64,000 nucleotides of DNA from Octopus sinensis (lineage: Eukaryota). The position numbers and the translations under genes were made by a program. Below, piece after piece: positions 13,672 to 28,185 of this stretch (its first letter is position 1; the number at the start of each line of letters is the position of its first letter). The notes below the pieces were generated by a model. It was not told the DNA's origin, searched no databases, and was given only the letters and a program-made list of their open reading frames with translations. The stretch covers positions 26,784,001 through 26,848,000 of the forward strand of contig NC_043016.1 in assembly GCF_006345805.1 (NCBI RefSeq), written 5' to 3'.

Positions 13672-14349
13672 AAATCATCACCCTATCTTGTCATATTAAT
13701 CATAATATTAATTCACTCATCCACTGCCATCCATAACTTTTTCTTCTCTGTCCTCAGCCATCTTAACATACAGTTTGTCTGGCTTACTCTCCCACTTGAC
13801 TGAACCTTCACATATTTCTTCTCATGTTCCCTTCTCCCATACCTTTCATCAGTACTTGTCCTTATTTATGGAGAGCTGAATACCCCACCTCCACACAATC
13901 CACTTTGACCTTCACTACTGTCCTTTCCTTTCTTACCCCACTCCCCATGACATTAATCCCTTTCTTTGCTTCAATAGAGACTACTGTTACTTTCTTCACT
14001 ACCACACTCTCAACAATAAATCTGTTCTTACAAACTTCACCCCCTCTCATTACCTCCCCTAAAGTCATTATAATCACTATTATTCCTTTCAGTTATACAG
14101 GTCCCCTATAGGTCTTTCTGTCTTGTAAATTACAAGGTGACCTTTCTACTAGCAGTGCCATGAACAAAGCACCTGGCACACAGCTAAACGGTTGGCATTA
14201 GAAAGAGCATACAAACAAAAAAAAAAAGCCAAAACATTTGAGCATGTTGTCCTCTTAATTATCAGATCCTGTTGCACTATCTAACCTATGCCAGCATGAA
14301 AAGATATTGAATGATTTTATATATACATACATACATACATACATACATA

Positions 14350-14975
14350 CTAGTGGGACCTGTGGAAATTTCACGGAACAAAAAGAATTAAGAGGAGCTA
14401 TTTAAGAAAGAAAGGATGATTTGCATTTTTATTGCATATAAATCTTGTTGCCTGTGCAATAAATGATACAAAAATATACAATAACAATCTATACAATACT
14501 TAATACATGTATCATTCATTAATATTTAATTCTATTGAAACTGAAAGATCAGTATATAATTGCATACTCCTAATGCAATATTTTGCATTATATAATTACA
14601 TTATATACAATTAATGTACACAAAACGATATAGAGAATATACACAATGTTTTCAATTCCATTGAAAATCAAAAATAACATCCACATCTATTTTGCTAAGT
14701 TATATCACTTCCAGTCACAATAATATATTATAGGATTTCAAAATTTCCCTTTGCTAAACACTTTATATTTCTCTCTATATCTCTTACTTCAACAAACTTT
14801 TTAACATCCTTAGGTTGTTTAACTCTTTCTCTCACTTATGCCAACCATGGCATCATGATTGATTAATTTATAGACTATCTGCTATCTCACTCCCTCTCCC
14901 TCATTTACCGCCTCTCTAAAAACTAAAGCATAATGTGTGAATGAACAAACAAGCAGAATTATTATTGTTATATAA
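14350..14975 (-). mobile_element. Non-autonomous Helitron-like element
   Basis: Minus-strand 3' end is an imperfect hairpin CCGTGAAATTTCCACAGG followed by TCCCA-CTAG-T. 5' end is AT-rich, then TTGTTTGTTC. Confidence 0.5.
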
Positions 14976-15509
14976 ATATGAATGCAAATATACATATCAA
15001 ATGCACACCACACACACATAAAATATATACATATATATATATAAACATATTTATAATATATATATATTTATACACATATATATATATATATATAAACATA
15101 TTTATATATATATATATTTATACGCATATATATATATATAAACATATTTATAATATATATATTTTATTATACGCATATATATATATATATAAACATATTT
15201 ATAATATATATATATATTTACATCATATATATAAAATATATAAACATATTTATAATATATATATATATTTACATCATATATATAAAATATATACATCATA
15301 AATATATATAAAATATATATATTTATACACATATATACACACACGTTTATATATGTACAAGAATCATTAATCAGTTGCAATGCACTTACATTTCCATTAT
15401 TGACAGGAAGATTAGTTATGTGCACATTACTAGTTGCACTTTTTTCCTGTGTCACTACAGTGCAAGTCTGAAATTGAAATATCAATTAAGTTGTCATTGT
15501 TTTTAATCA

Positions 15510-16432
15510 TGGCTGCTTTCTGTTTGGCTCTAAAGAAGAGCAGCATTCATTGATTTGTATTATGGTGGCTGATTTTTTTATAATTTTTTTAAAGGTGGGT
15601 AGGGGTGGGGAGTCAAAAATCAGTCCAAGGCTCTCAGCACAACACTGAGAAATTTTCTGCTGCTATAGACACATTACAGATGAACTGCAAATTTTTAAAA
15701 TGGTCACACATGTCACAGACCAAGAAAGAGCAAAATACTCGCCTAGGTTCTGTGCTGATGACAACAACATTAAACAAGTCTGTGCTTGGTTCTATTAAAC
15801 AGATATATTACTACTGATAAATTGGTAAATAATATGCATACCAATTATGGTTCTACTATGCAACCATCTGCAATAGAATTTCAGGCTTAAACTATTTTGA
15901 AATCTGTCAACAACTTTTTGATCACTGTAGCAACAAAAATGATACTACTGCAAGTTGGAGAATAAATACCAGAATATGGAATGGAAACATTAACAATCAC
16001 CCATCAATTTAGAATGCAACCAACAGTAGAACAAATGATGCAGACTTTTTTTTTCTTTTTTTTTGGTGGGGGAAGTTAACAGTAAGCAGTGTATAAGATG
16101 CTGCATGATAAGTTACAATCAGTATTTTTGAAGCAAACACCAAAGACAACTGTCAAAAGTGTTGTGCTGTTGCACGACGATACCTATCCTCGTATTGATT
16201 CTCAGTGTTGAAAGCCAACAGAAGCTGAAATTGGAGGTCTTGGAACATCCTTCTGAACTTGCTCCTATAAGCTATCATCTATTTGTTCCACTCAAAGACA
16301 GTATGAAGGCTATTGATATGCCAAAAAGTGGAGGAAGCAGGACCTATGTGGTTCATCTATTCAGCTGAAAACATTTTTTTCAGTTGGCACAAAGAAGCTT
16401 GCACAAGAATTGACCAAGTATGTTGAAAAATA
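15510..16432 (+). mobile_element. Highly decayed mariner transposase relic
   Basis: SKEEQHSLI-type N-terminus at ~15528 and LEVLEHPSELAPISYHLFVPLKD at ~16230-16300. Confidence 0.6.
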
Positions 16433-17394
16433 ATATACTCATACTTTTAAGATCTCTATTGTTTATATATTTAAAAAGAAAAAGTTAATTATCCAGTTAC
16501 TCTTCTTTACAGTAAACAGAAAGAGTTGTCAAGGTTAATGTAATGAAAATTACAATTCAACTGACATTTCTAATTAAACCAGTGCATGGTGCCAAGAAGG
16601 GTACGTGTCTACAGATGTGTGTGCAATTAACTTTCCCGCCAATAGCAAAGAAAATGGTAAATACATTGCAGATAAATAATGACTTGCTGCTTTGTGTGTC
16701 TCTGCATGGGTGCATGTGAATGTGTGTGTGTGTGTGTAAATTAGAAGAGAGAAGGGCAGTGTCTCTAGTTCATGACAGGTCAAATGGAGCAAAACAGTTA
16801 TGACTAGGCAAGACTAGTGCAGTTGATAATTTTAAATATTTGTAGTGTAGCAGCTAACTGATACATGTACTTGTGTATACATGCATGTATTCACGTATTT
16901 TATGTATGTGTGAACTTGTATTTCTCCATAGAAGTAATTATGCAGTTTAGTTCCATTGGCCTAACATGGGTCAGAAAATAAGCAAAGCATTGTATATACA
17001 TTTTCAGTCAAGCCTGAACGCGTTTAATTAACACACATTACAATGTCTGACAATCAGAAGATTTAAACCTAAATCTCTATAGAATAATGTAGAAGGCATT
17101 CTTCCAACTGTTGTGACAACTGTATACAATCCTCATTTATTATCTATCTTTCTATTCCAAAAACTGCAGGTGGAAACAAAAAAAAAAAAGGAAAAGAAAG
17201 AAAGAAATGCATGATGTAGCCTTTAGTTGTGATGATTAATGTTTTTAAAAATAAATATCATACCTTAGGTTTAAAGAAAAGTGAAAGTTCCTCATGCTTA
17301 TCAATTAAAATAAAAATGTTCAAGCTGGAAGTTGAAACTTGTATCATAGATTTATTGCTGCACTACCATATGATATTAATATTAATAATTTTTT

Positions 17395-18405
17395 TAAACT
17401 TAGGCACAAGACCACAAATTTGAGGGCAAGTGTTAGTTGAAAAAATCAACCCAGGAGAATGAAAGGCAAAATTGACTTCAATAGAATTATAACTCAGAAC
17501 AAATACTGCAAGGTATTTTTGCTGATGCTCTAACAATTCTGCTAATTCACTACCCTAATAATAATATTCATGTTGATGATAATTTCTTTTGACTATGCAC
17601 AAAGCCAATTTTTTGCAGTGAAGAAAGTAAAGTCAGATGGAATTCATTCCAGTAAATAATGTAATAATGTCATTGACCCTGTAGGAATGAAAGACAAAGT
17701 CAAATCTAGTGGGATTTGGAAAAAAAAAATAGAGGTGATGATGAAACTAAATACAAAGAGGTATTTAGTCTGACATTCTACTATTTCTGTGTAATCTTCA
17801 AACTAAAAATAACTAATTGTAGCACAAAGCCACAAATTTGGGAGGAAAATAAATTAAATAGTCTTAAATTAATGTATATACTAAAAGGTGCATTAAATCA
17901 TCTTTAGTATATACTGGTTTTAGCAAGTTCACTGCTAGAAGAATGAAAGGCAATGTTGGAATCTGAATTAAGTATGTCTTAAATACAAGAAATTGCATTG
18001 TTTCAGCCCTGCCACTGCCATATATTTTTCACCAGGAGATTGTTTGACCTAATAGGTAAGTGTTACACATCCTGGCAAGATTTGAACTCAGAGTGTGAAA
18101 GCACTAAATACTGCAAGGCATCTATTTGTTCAAGCCTCTCTATTACAATAATAATAATAATTATTATTATTATTATTATCATTATTTTTAATTTAGGCAC
18201 AAGGGCAATAATTTTGAGGGGAGGGATGTTAGTCAAATATGTCAATCTCAGTATTTGGACTACAACTTTATTTTAATCAACCCTGAAGGATGAAAGGAAA
18301 AGCTGATTTTGGCAGGATTTGAATTCAGAATATAAAGTGATGGAAGAAATACTGCAAGGCATATTGTTTAATGCTCAAACAATTTTGCGAATTTGCCAGG
18401 CCTTA
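17395..18405 (-). mobile_element. Cluster of 4-5 co-oriented decayed tRNA-derived SINE copies
   Basis: Recurring motifs GGCACAAG.C.CAAATTT, GAATGAAAGGCAAA, GAACTCAGAA and AAATACTGCAAGG at ~17400, 17595, 17820, 18080, 18195. The same family occurs at 46310-46490. Confidence 0.7.
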
Positions 18406-21400
18406 ATTTTCCTAAATTCATTAAAAGAGAAAAATCTAACTCCAACCCAACAGTAAATGGTTAGACATGCTACTATTTGCAGTTCACTTTTGAAAATCTT
18501 TCTATTTCTTTCTTCAAATATTTTAGAACATTTCTGTCCTAACCTATTTAGGATTAACTGAAAATTATTTTATTCTTAAACTCTCTATGCCTATTTGATG
18601 CAGAGTATTAAACTTTACATGTCACTTAAATACATGATCCACATCTCGCTTTTAAGATGTGTCAAAATATTTCTCCGTTGTTCACAAAGAATAGAATTCT
18701 TCTTTCTTACATAATGTATATATATATATATAAAAAAACTCACAAGCATTATAAAAAAAGCATAATAAAAACAAATAAACAAAAAGAAAACCACCTGGAG
18801 GGATGCAATGTATACCATCTACCAACATTTCATACAATCTGGTAGATAAGTATTAAGAATTGGACATGGTAAAATGAATGTCTTTCATTTCATAAGACAT
18901 TATGAATTTGTTTATTAAAAAAAAGTATGTTCATTGTTATGCAACTTGGAATGGTAACTTTTGTTTTTGAATTGGATTATTTTTTACAATTTCACAAAAT
19001 CACTTGTATTTTGGAATGTATAATAGTTATTTTATGAAAAACTTCTTAGAATCAGTATTCTGAGACGAAAAAATTCAACATTTTTTTTTTCATGTTAAAC
19101 AGTTGTCAAAATTTATCAATTTTAATTAGATCTGTATTTGAGCTATTTTATTCATTACTGAAAACTAATTTTATTTTTTGCATATCCTAAGTTTTCTTTC
19201 CATCATAACCTAATATTTAATAATAGAATAAATAATTCCCAGATATAAAACCTACAGTAACGAAATAGAAATCACGAATACTTGTGTCAATTTTAAAAAA
19301 TCAATAAAAGAAAGAGAAAAAAAAGGAAGAAGAAAATCATGTAAATATATTTTTTTTATTTTTCTTCAATAATGTCTAGCAAATTTCAATTTTGTTTTCA
19401 TTTTTTAGATAAATGAGGAAGGCTACTTTTTACCAATTTTATTTGAAGTTGTAATACTTCAAGAATAGTCTTTAGTGAAAACATGATGCACATTCATTTA
19501 TGGGACAAAATTTTCGGGCTCAAAGTTTCCCCTTGATTAAAGGAGAAAAAGTACATAAAAAAAAGAACAATGATAACAATAATAATAATTCTGAATGAGG
19601 GAGTTAGGGCTGTCCAACAAAACCATTACCTAGTACAATTATTAAATATATTCAATATAGAGCCATAAAAACATAGTAGTGAAGCTTGTTGCTCTATATT
19701 AAAGGAAACTGAAGAGTATGTAAATCTAAGGAAAGCATTTTTAAATGAGCAAAGTATCAGTAGTATGAATAGCATATGATAAAATTTTTTAAAGAAAATT
19801 TAACTTGCATACCAAATTCCAAGGGGAGATAAATAAGTTTATACATACTGCAGTGTTCTATAGATTAATTTTGAAAAATTAGAGTCAATACATACATTAT
19901 TGATATCTAGCCAGAATATTTTTTATAAAAATATTAAATTTAGAAGCTTAAAAAATAAGTTTATACTTGTGATAGGAAACAGAAAAGTATTTTTTTAGAA
20001 AATATATTACATAATACTAGGGAACAGGAAATAAGAGCATTTTCAAATTAAATTAATGAGTGCATAATGAACGTACTCATTATAATTCATATTTAACAAA
20101 CTGGACATTGGCATAATTTGCTAAATTGATCAAGTTAATCTGAGAAATAAAATAACTTCTGAAAGTGCTACATAAGCAAAAAGAAATATGCCAAATGAAA
20201 AGTGAGTTTACTAATATTTTTCTCCCAACAAATGCAAATGTATTTGTTACCTATTCATTTCAATATTTTGAATCAGTTATTTTCAACAGGTGATCATTGT
20301 ATAATTGATGAGCCTTTAAAATAATTTCCAAAGTATGAATCAAAATATTTTAAATGAATATACTTTTTTTAATGATATTTAAATTATTTCATTACATGAA
20401 TCATCTAAATGTCAATGGCAGTTGGATTTTTGGTATATGCATACAGAGTGTAGACATCAGATTATACACAGCAGTTAAGACATTCATTCACAAACAAAAA
20501 TGTGTTCACAGGGCAAGAATTCACATTTTGGATTTAATATGTTAAGAAAAATTTCATTTTTTTTCGTCATTTGTTTTATTTTTAAAAGCTTAAACTTATG
20601 GTAAATTAAACATTTTATTGGATAAATGTGTAAAGTTGATATGGAACTTAAAAAAATAATTAAATAACATTTAATAATTGTAGATGGAATGGAATTTTAT
20701 GATCATCACAAGCCCAATAAATAGCTGAGTACTTTTGCTTTACAGAATGAAAATTTGATAGAAAAAATACTTTGCTTTAACAAATATGCCTACAGTTGAA
20801 AAAGAATATGAATGAATATTATATATAGAAAATACTACTAATTGTCTAGGTTAAGTAAGTTAACAAAAACTAAATGAAACAAAGTAAATTTATTAACCAA
20901 GTTTACCAAATGTGTTAATTGCCAATCAAGATACTGTGATATGATGGAAATACATATTATATGAGATCAGTAAGCTTTGATGATGAAGAGTAACAAAAGC
21001 ATAGAATAATGAGTCTTGTATGTAGATATATTTAATATACATCAATAGCCTAAGCTAACTAGCCATTGAATAAATGAATGATTTGTGTACCCACAAGATA
21101 ATCCGACAAGTTAATAACAAATACTTACATAAGGTAACTGAAATATAATATATTTTTTTAAAAAAATGAAAATTGGAAAATGATTTTGGAGAATAACAAA
21201 ATTTTAAACAGAAAGTAAATTGGTTTCAAATTTAACTTTTAATTTTCAAAAAGAAAACAGGTTGTTAAAAGGTATAAAAAAAAAGATGAAAAAAAAATTC
21301 AACAGCATTAGGAATTCAGAAAATATAGAATGGAAAGTTGTTGAATTTCCTTTTTTTTTTTTTTAAAGAAAAAAATTTCTTTTCACACAAGTTTATAAAG

Positions 21401-23839
21401 TTTAAAAGATTAAATAAAAAGGAAAATACAAAAAACAAGCAGTTTTTAGTCTCTCCCTTTTTATACAAAAATCAATGCATACATTTAAAAAACAGAATAG
21501 CTATATCTAAATGTTTTGAAGTTTGATACAATTATTAAAACTGAATGCTTAAAAAAAATTAACATTCAGCTAAATAATATGAAAATGATGTCCAATTATA
21601 AAACAAAAAAAAAAAAGTATTATCTCAATATTTGAAAACAATAATTTTGATTAAGAATTATTTGAAAATTAATGCTCAATATCATCTAGGTATTTGCTAA
21701 ATGCGTACAAAATAAATTACAATAATAAAGTAATATTTCATCATAATTTAAAGAAAATTTAGTATAGGCGGGAGGCAGTATGATTATATATTATCATTTT
21801 ATGTAAACAATTGGCAAATTTTATGAAATACTTCAGAAAAAAAAGAGGGAGGGGGAATTAGGAGATCCACTGTTACAAGTGACCTAAAAATAATTGGACA
21901 CACATTTCTCACATACAAATAACATCATACTGTCATCAGAGTCAATGCATACATTAATTGGTTTTGTTAAATAATAACCCACAACTGAATTTTTTACATC
22001 TGTCTCTCCTGAGCAATACCAACCAATTTACCATATGTACAAGTTTCAGTTATAAAGTTCCAGTCATATAGCCAAAAATACTAAAGGTTTTATGTCACTT
22101 ATATGAGAAAAGGCAAATTTATTTTGCCCTATCATGGAAGTTTTCAAAAGTATATTCATATACAGTCAAATGTTAAGTATTTAATACAGTCAGTCTTGGA
22201 ACTTTATGGACATATGTTTGGCTACATACTGCAAGGTCTGTTCAAAACATTGATACTAAAAATAAAAATAAAATAAAAAAAAAAAATTAAAACAGCCATA
22301 TTCCCTGGGTTCACTTTTGTGCTCCCCCCTACCAAGTTTTAAGCTTGTGAAAGACCATTGCTACATTGACATTTAAGCCATAATGCCAACTGTAAAAAAG
22401 AAACTGAAGAATCCTCTGATTCAAATAGATTTCAGAAATGTTAACAGTTTTACTGCAAGGAAAGTGTTTTAAAAGGGGGAAATACAGCAATTATAGGAAA
22501 GAATCTTATATTTGTTTTTATAGTGGTTATGGAATTCCATTGACAAAACAGCATATATACAATCACACCCATACATCAAAATATACTTCACAAAATGCTT
22601 AAATTTAACAACAAGCATTAATTTGAATATCTGAATATGATGATACATCAATATGCATGTTTTCTTTATAAACTCAGTCACACAATTATCCTTAGAAAAA
22701 AATATCAAAAAGTGAAGCTAAATAACATCACTATGATTTGAAATATATCAATTCTTCAATTTCTAATTTATCAACCAAACAAGCAAGCTTCATGTATATA
22801 TACTAGTAAGATTCAATGTTCTATTGCTGTAATCACATTTCAGAAGATTGATACAAAGTTTAATATGTCATAAATGATTGATAAGTATTGAATTATAAGC
22901 ATAAGTCAAGGCATTAGCTCCCTTTATATCTTTAGCATACATCGGACAATTCTAACAAGTGAAATGTAATATATGCATATTATAACCATAAGACATTAAT
23001 GAGAAACTGCAATGTTAAACATTACTTAAATTATTGTGTATGGATTGCTTTAGAAGACTACCCGTCAGCGCAGTACACAAAAGGAAGTTAGAATGCAACT
23101 GTTTGCAATGAATAGTTGTGTATAATTATCGAAATTTTTTGTTGCCTAAATATCTCATTGTAATAATTCAATCAACTTAAATTCATAAATAAGCAATAAT
23201 TTTGAATTTAGTTAATATTATTTGTGCTTTTAAGAGGGAGGGAATGAAAAATATAAATAAAAACATTAATTCATCCTAATGTTATTATTTAAAAAGAAAC
23301 TATACAATGAGATAAAAAAATAGCAAAAATTTGCTGACACTAAAATGGCAGTACAAATTTAGTTTATGCAATTTGTTCAAAGTAGTCTTAAACATCATTA
23401 GAATTATACTTATAAGTGAATATATCAATCGTTTCATTTACTCTATATTTCTTATTTTAAAAAAATGCACAAAACCCTTTCACTAAGATAAATATGTCAT
23501 TGTAGTACATCTTATGGGAGATTTTATATCTCACTTTCTTTAGATAGAAAATAACAGAATTAGATACATATACCAGTTAATAATAATAATTTCTATAGTA
23601 GTAGTAGTAGTAGTAGTAGTAAAAGAATGGCTGCAGAAAACAGTAGTCACTGATCTGCTTGAGATTTTTCTTCTCTTCAGTTTTTTTACACAATTACTTT
23701 CAGCTGCAAATTCAAACATTCTATAATCCATATTACAACACATTAGCCACCAAATGTGTACACAAATCATGTTGTTTTTTGTTTTGTTTTTTTCAGTTAA
23801 AAAAAAAAAAACGATAATAATCAAAGCTGCAAGAAATTA

Positions 23840-24652
23840 TCAAACTGAAATTTCATAAGTTGAATCATACATGTTACGTGGTTTTTCTTCCTCTTGATAA
23901 GCCTCTGATCTTTTGGATGGAGTAGCATGCTGCTTTTCTTTCTGTTCTACAGCCTCACTCACTTCCAAAGCTCGTACAAATGACATAGGTCGACGAGGCA
24001 CTCTTACCTTATCAGGGTCATATGTCACTGAAGAATATTCCACAGGTATATATCTGTGAGATGGAGAAGAATAATTAACATTGTTACCATGTTCATATGG
24101 TGGTTGTCCAACTCCTGTAGAATATTGGTAATGCTGAGGTTTACTTTTATCCAGCGTATATATAACTGGACTTCCTGTCCTACTAAAACCTCTATTTACA
24201 CTTGACCCCATGTATGGGGGATGTGAAGATCCTGTTGATGGCATTGTCATTTGTGGCCCAGGCGTAAGGGATGTGAATCCATTTGAGCGAGGTGTGTGAT
24301 AACCTATAGGAGGTTTAGCATAGTTGTATTTAGTAGGACTTGGAGAACTAGATTGTGATTTTACTGTAGGAGAACTGATGGGGGAAACCACTTCAGGCGT
24401 GGCAACTGGAGCCTTTTTGTCAGCTGAACGTGTTCTTTGAGGGGACTGTGTATACAAATTACGTGGTGGTATCCTGGGTGATATTCTACCAATATGATTT
24501 CCTTGATTAGCTTGCATAGCTGCCCCTACTGATGTTGGATTAGTAGGATCAAAGAGATTGCTGTAGGACCCAGATTGCTTTGGTGGACTTGGTTCACAAT
24601 CCATTGACTGACTTTGCCTTTCTGTTTCTTCATCTAAAGATAGACTGGCTTG
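23840..24652 (-). CDS. ZDHHC8: ZDHHC5/8-like terminal coding exon (Ser/Pro-rich tail, C-terminal PDZ-binding motif)
   Basis: Acceptor ctcttgtttcAG. 813 nt open frame QASLSLDEE...RRPMSFVRALEVSEAVE...DSTYEISV*; YEISV is the characteristic ZDHHC5/8 C-terminus. Confidence 0.93.
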   Translation of the reverse strand, partial: QASLSLDEETERQSQSMDCEPSPPKQSGSYSNLFDPTNPTSVGAAMQANQGNHIGRISPRIPPRNLYTQSPQRTRSADKKAPVATPEVVSPISSPTVKSQSSSPSPTKYNYAKPPIGYHTPRSNGFTSLTPGPQMTMPSTGSSHPPYMGSSVNRGFSRTGSPVIYTLDKSKPQHYQYSTGVGQPPYEHGNNVNYSSPSHRYIPVEYSSVTYDPDKVRVPRRPMSFVRALEVSEAVEQKEKQHATPSKRSEAYQEEEKPRNMYDSTYEISV

Positions 24653-26349
24653 CTGAAACAAGAGCAAAATTTAAACAGTTAAAACCATTTATAAGCATTT
24701 TATCTACAATTTCTGAATGAGTAAAGGAGATAAGTATTATTTTCTCTTTTACAAAAGAATTGGGAAAATATGCAAAATTTGCAAAAGATTGTAAATTAGT
24801 TAGCATGCTTTTACATTTTGGAGTACCATTTGCAATAAAGAGGGTAAGGAGAGGTTGCCAGGTTTAGTGATGACTGGAACCAACTCAGGACTATAAGTTA
24901 TTTCACAGTAATAGCTTGAGGTGCTAGCTGGCTGTAAATAAATTTGTTGCATTTTGGAGAGATTGAGCTAGAAGAAGAAAGTAAAGTGATAATATTTTAT
25001 ATGTATTCAGAGGAGAGATGGGGAGAGCAAATGTGGAGTAGTTTATCATTGAAAAGGTCATACAAATTAAAAATTATTGATGCTCACAGTAAAAACTGCA
25101 ATTATGCAGAATTGAGATTTACAATAAGTTCAGTGTACAAAAGCATCTTTTACTGGTGATCTAATGTATATTTACAAATCAATGTTTAATACAAGTGATT
25201 TCTCTCAGCATAAAAACAAATCAGAAATAGCTTTAAGTAATTTTGAACTGGACAAAATATAACTTATGCAATTAAAGAAAAAAGAAGAAACATTAGCTAT
25301 TTTAAAATCCCTAAAAAAAATCTAATATAAAACTTCTAAGAATTGTAATAAATAAGCAGTAACAATTAAGACATTTGAATATTACTATCAAAATATAATA
25401 ATAATAATTCTTTAATATAAACTTTCCAAAAGAATTTTAAGTGAATGACATTAGCAATTTCAATAGAATCAGAATCAACAGTGCAAGAAGTTGCCTTACA
25501 AGAATTATGAATTTTGTCTTAGGCTATTTTCTTCACCTTCCCAAAGAAACCTACCATAATGATTAGCCAACCTTCTTTTATCCTCTATGTTTTAGTTCAT
25601 CGTTAAATATTTTCTAGAGAATTACAATGATGGTCACTACAACTTAGAACCTGATTTGCTAAAATTTCAGCATAACTTGAAACATACTGTTGTTTCATAC
25701 TATTTCAAATCATTCAATCTCATTTTTATCCCTGTTCAAAGAACCAGCAGACAACAGTTTACTCTTCCCTTTCCAAATAGTAAATTCTATCTATTATAAA
25801 TCCTCAGTAAATCAATAGCATCAATTTTACTAAACTTATCTACTCTATTGTTCAAGGTCACCATTGTAGGGACATTAGTGGAAAATATACTATTGAAACA
25901 TTTTACACTAATCATTACCTATCCAAAACAGAGGTAACAGACACTTGTTTGATAGTTTATCTGGTAGTGATAGGCTATTTCAGTTTTAGTTTTATACCTC
26001 AGTGAAAATACAGATATTTTCATTAAATCTATATAAGAAAGCAGCAAATTTTATTCTGTATAGCTTTGGCGGATACTACATACATGTCCTCATTCAAAGT
26101 CACTTGAAAGAAACCTAGCATCTATACAGCAATAGAAATGATGAATTTAAAATTTTCAAAAAAAAAAAAAATACTCTGCTAAAATAAAAACAAAATATAA
26201 TTCATAAGAAATAAAATTAAGGAATCATCATCATTATCGTTGTTTAACTTCTGCTTTCCCTGCTGGCATAGGTTGGATGGTTTGAGTGGGGGCTGCCAAG
26301 TCAGAAGACTGTACAAGATTTTATATATATATATATATATATATACATA

Positions 26350-27586
26350 CAGGGATTGGACAAAATAATGGAAACACTTAGCATCATAGCATAATTTTGA
26401 AATATCTATAAAACTGTCAAAAGCTTGTTTGTTTATAAGTTTTTTGATTTATTAGTGTTGCTTAATGTTTTGCTAAAATTGCTGTTTCATTTCAGATGTC
26501 ATCAGAAAAAGGTAATTAAAATTCATTAAAATGACAGATCTATTGAACTTTCAAAGAGGTCAAATTGTTGGTGCTCGCCAGGTGCTAGCAACAGCCAAAA
26601 TGTTTGGTGTATCAAGAAGTACTGTTTCGAAAGTAATGACAGCCTTTAAGAAAGAGGGAAAACCTCCTTGCTGAAACAAAACTCTGGAAGAAAGCCAAAC
26701 TTTCAGATAGGGACCATTGGACTCTTACACGAATTGTTAGAAAGGATCAAAATGTACAGCTCCCAAAATTACTGCAGAGTTTAATGACTACCTCAAGAAC
26801 CCAGTTTCCACAAAAACTGTTTGCCAGGAGCTGCACAAAACCAGATTTCATGGGAGGGCTGCAATCAGAAATTCACTACTTTCAAAAACAAATGTTGCAA
26901 AGTGTTTAGTGTGGAGTAAAAACCTACAGAATTGGTCCCTAGAGAAGTGGAAGAATGTTACTTTCTCGGACGAGTCATCCTTCACCTTTATTTTCGACCA
27001 CCAGATGAGTATACGTGTGGAGACAGCCAAATGAAGCATTTGACCCAGACTGCCTCCTTCCAGCTGTTAAACACGGAGGATCTGTGATGATCTGGTGGAC
27101 TATATCTGCAGGCCCAATGGTTTCCTTTCATGGCAGAATTAATAGTCAAGATTATTTAAGCATTTTATCTAATGAAATTCATCCTATGGTTACAGAACTG
27201 TTTCTGGAGGGAAACACAATCTTTCAGGATGATAATGCACCAATTCACACAGCTAAAGTTGTTACTGAATGGCACGAGGAACATTCTAGTTGAACATCTT
27301 ATCTGGCCACCACAGTCCCCAGATCTCAATATTATTGAACATTTATGCTGCATTTTAGAATAAAACAAGTAAGGAGTCGATATCTTCCACCATCATCACT
27401 GCTAGAACTGGAGACTGTTTTAGCTGAAGAATGGACAAAAATTCCTTTGGAAACAATTCAAACTTTGTACAAGTCCATAGCTCCTAGAATTCAAGCTGTA
27501 ATTACTGCCAAAGGCAGTCCTACCCCCATATTAAAATAAATTTGTTTGAAATTTTAAAGTGTTTCCATTATTTTGTCCAACCCCTC
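26350..27586 (+). mobile_element. Tc1-family transposon, near full length, frameshifted transposase
   Basis: TA-flanked TIRs CAGGGATTGGACAAAATAATGGAAACAC / GTGTTTCCATTATTTTGTCCAACCCCTC. Motifs FQRGQIVGAR, FSDESSF, FQDDNAPIHTAK, WPPQSPDLNIIEHL (DDE triad). Confidence 0.93.
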
Positions 27587-27630
27587 TATATATTCAAAAC
27601 ATAACTTGATAAATCTCAAATGAATTTTAC

Positions 27631-27769
27631 CCTGTGATTAGATGTGTTGTCATGTTTTATTCCATTACTGTTGTCCATGAATATTTTAACATCTTTATCA
27701 GCAGCAACATAAGTTACTCTTGAGGATTCAAATTGGACAGTTTTTGTTCTTGGTTTATATGAAACAAGC
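27631..27769 (-). CDS. ZDHHC8: ZDHHC5/8-like exon (start of cytoplasmic tail)
   Basis: LVSYKPRTKTVQFESSRVTYVAADKDVKIFMDNSNGIKHDNTSNHR. Acceptor tttttcAG, donor GTAAAA. 139 nt, which converts phase 2 to phase 0 as needed to join the last exon. Confidence 0.82.
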
Positions 27770-27834
27770 CTGAAAAATAAACAAATATAACATAGATAAA
27801 TATAAGAATTCAAAAACATTCAAAAATTTTGAAG

Positions 27835-28185
27835 ATAATATAATAATAATAATGAAATTATTGTATACAGTGCTCAGGTGCACCACAACTTGTCAAAAGT
27901 GTGTATAAAGCATATGCAGTAATGTACAAATGTCTAGGAAGTGAACATGCTTGCGTGTGTATGGAGGGGAGAAAATTAGGTGTAGTGTTGGCGAATCTCA
28001 GGAAGCATGGAAGTTTTGAAGGATGCAGTGCTCCGACAACTAACAACTGATGCCGGCAGTTTGTTCCATGCTTCAGCAACTCTCAGCATGAAAAAATGTT
28101 TCCGAATGTCATGGGAGCTGTGCTGTTTTCTAACTTTGTAAACATGTCCACGGGTGTTAGACAGATGGAGTTTGAAAAGGTGCTC
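27835..28185 (-). mobile_element. CR1-like LINE 3' end
   Basis: Minus strand NTRGHVYKVRKQHSSHDIRKHFFMLRVAEAWNKLPASVV, typical of CR1 ORF2 C-termini; (TTA)n tail. Confidence 0.8.

Noticed and set aside
23840-24667. Stand-alone 275-aa gene as listed in the ORF track
   Set aside because: The start is a non-ATG codon in intronic polypyrimidine sequence; the frame is the last exon of the ZDHHC gene, beginning at 24652.
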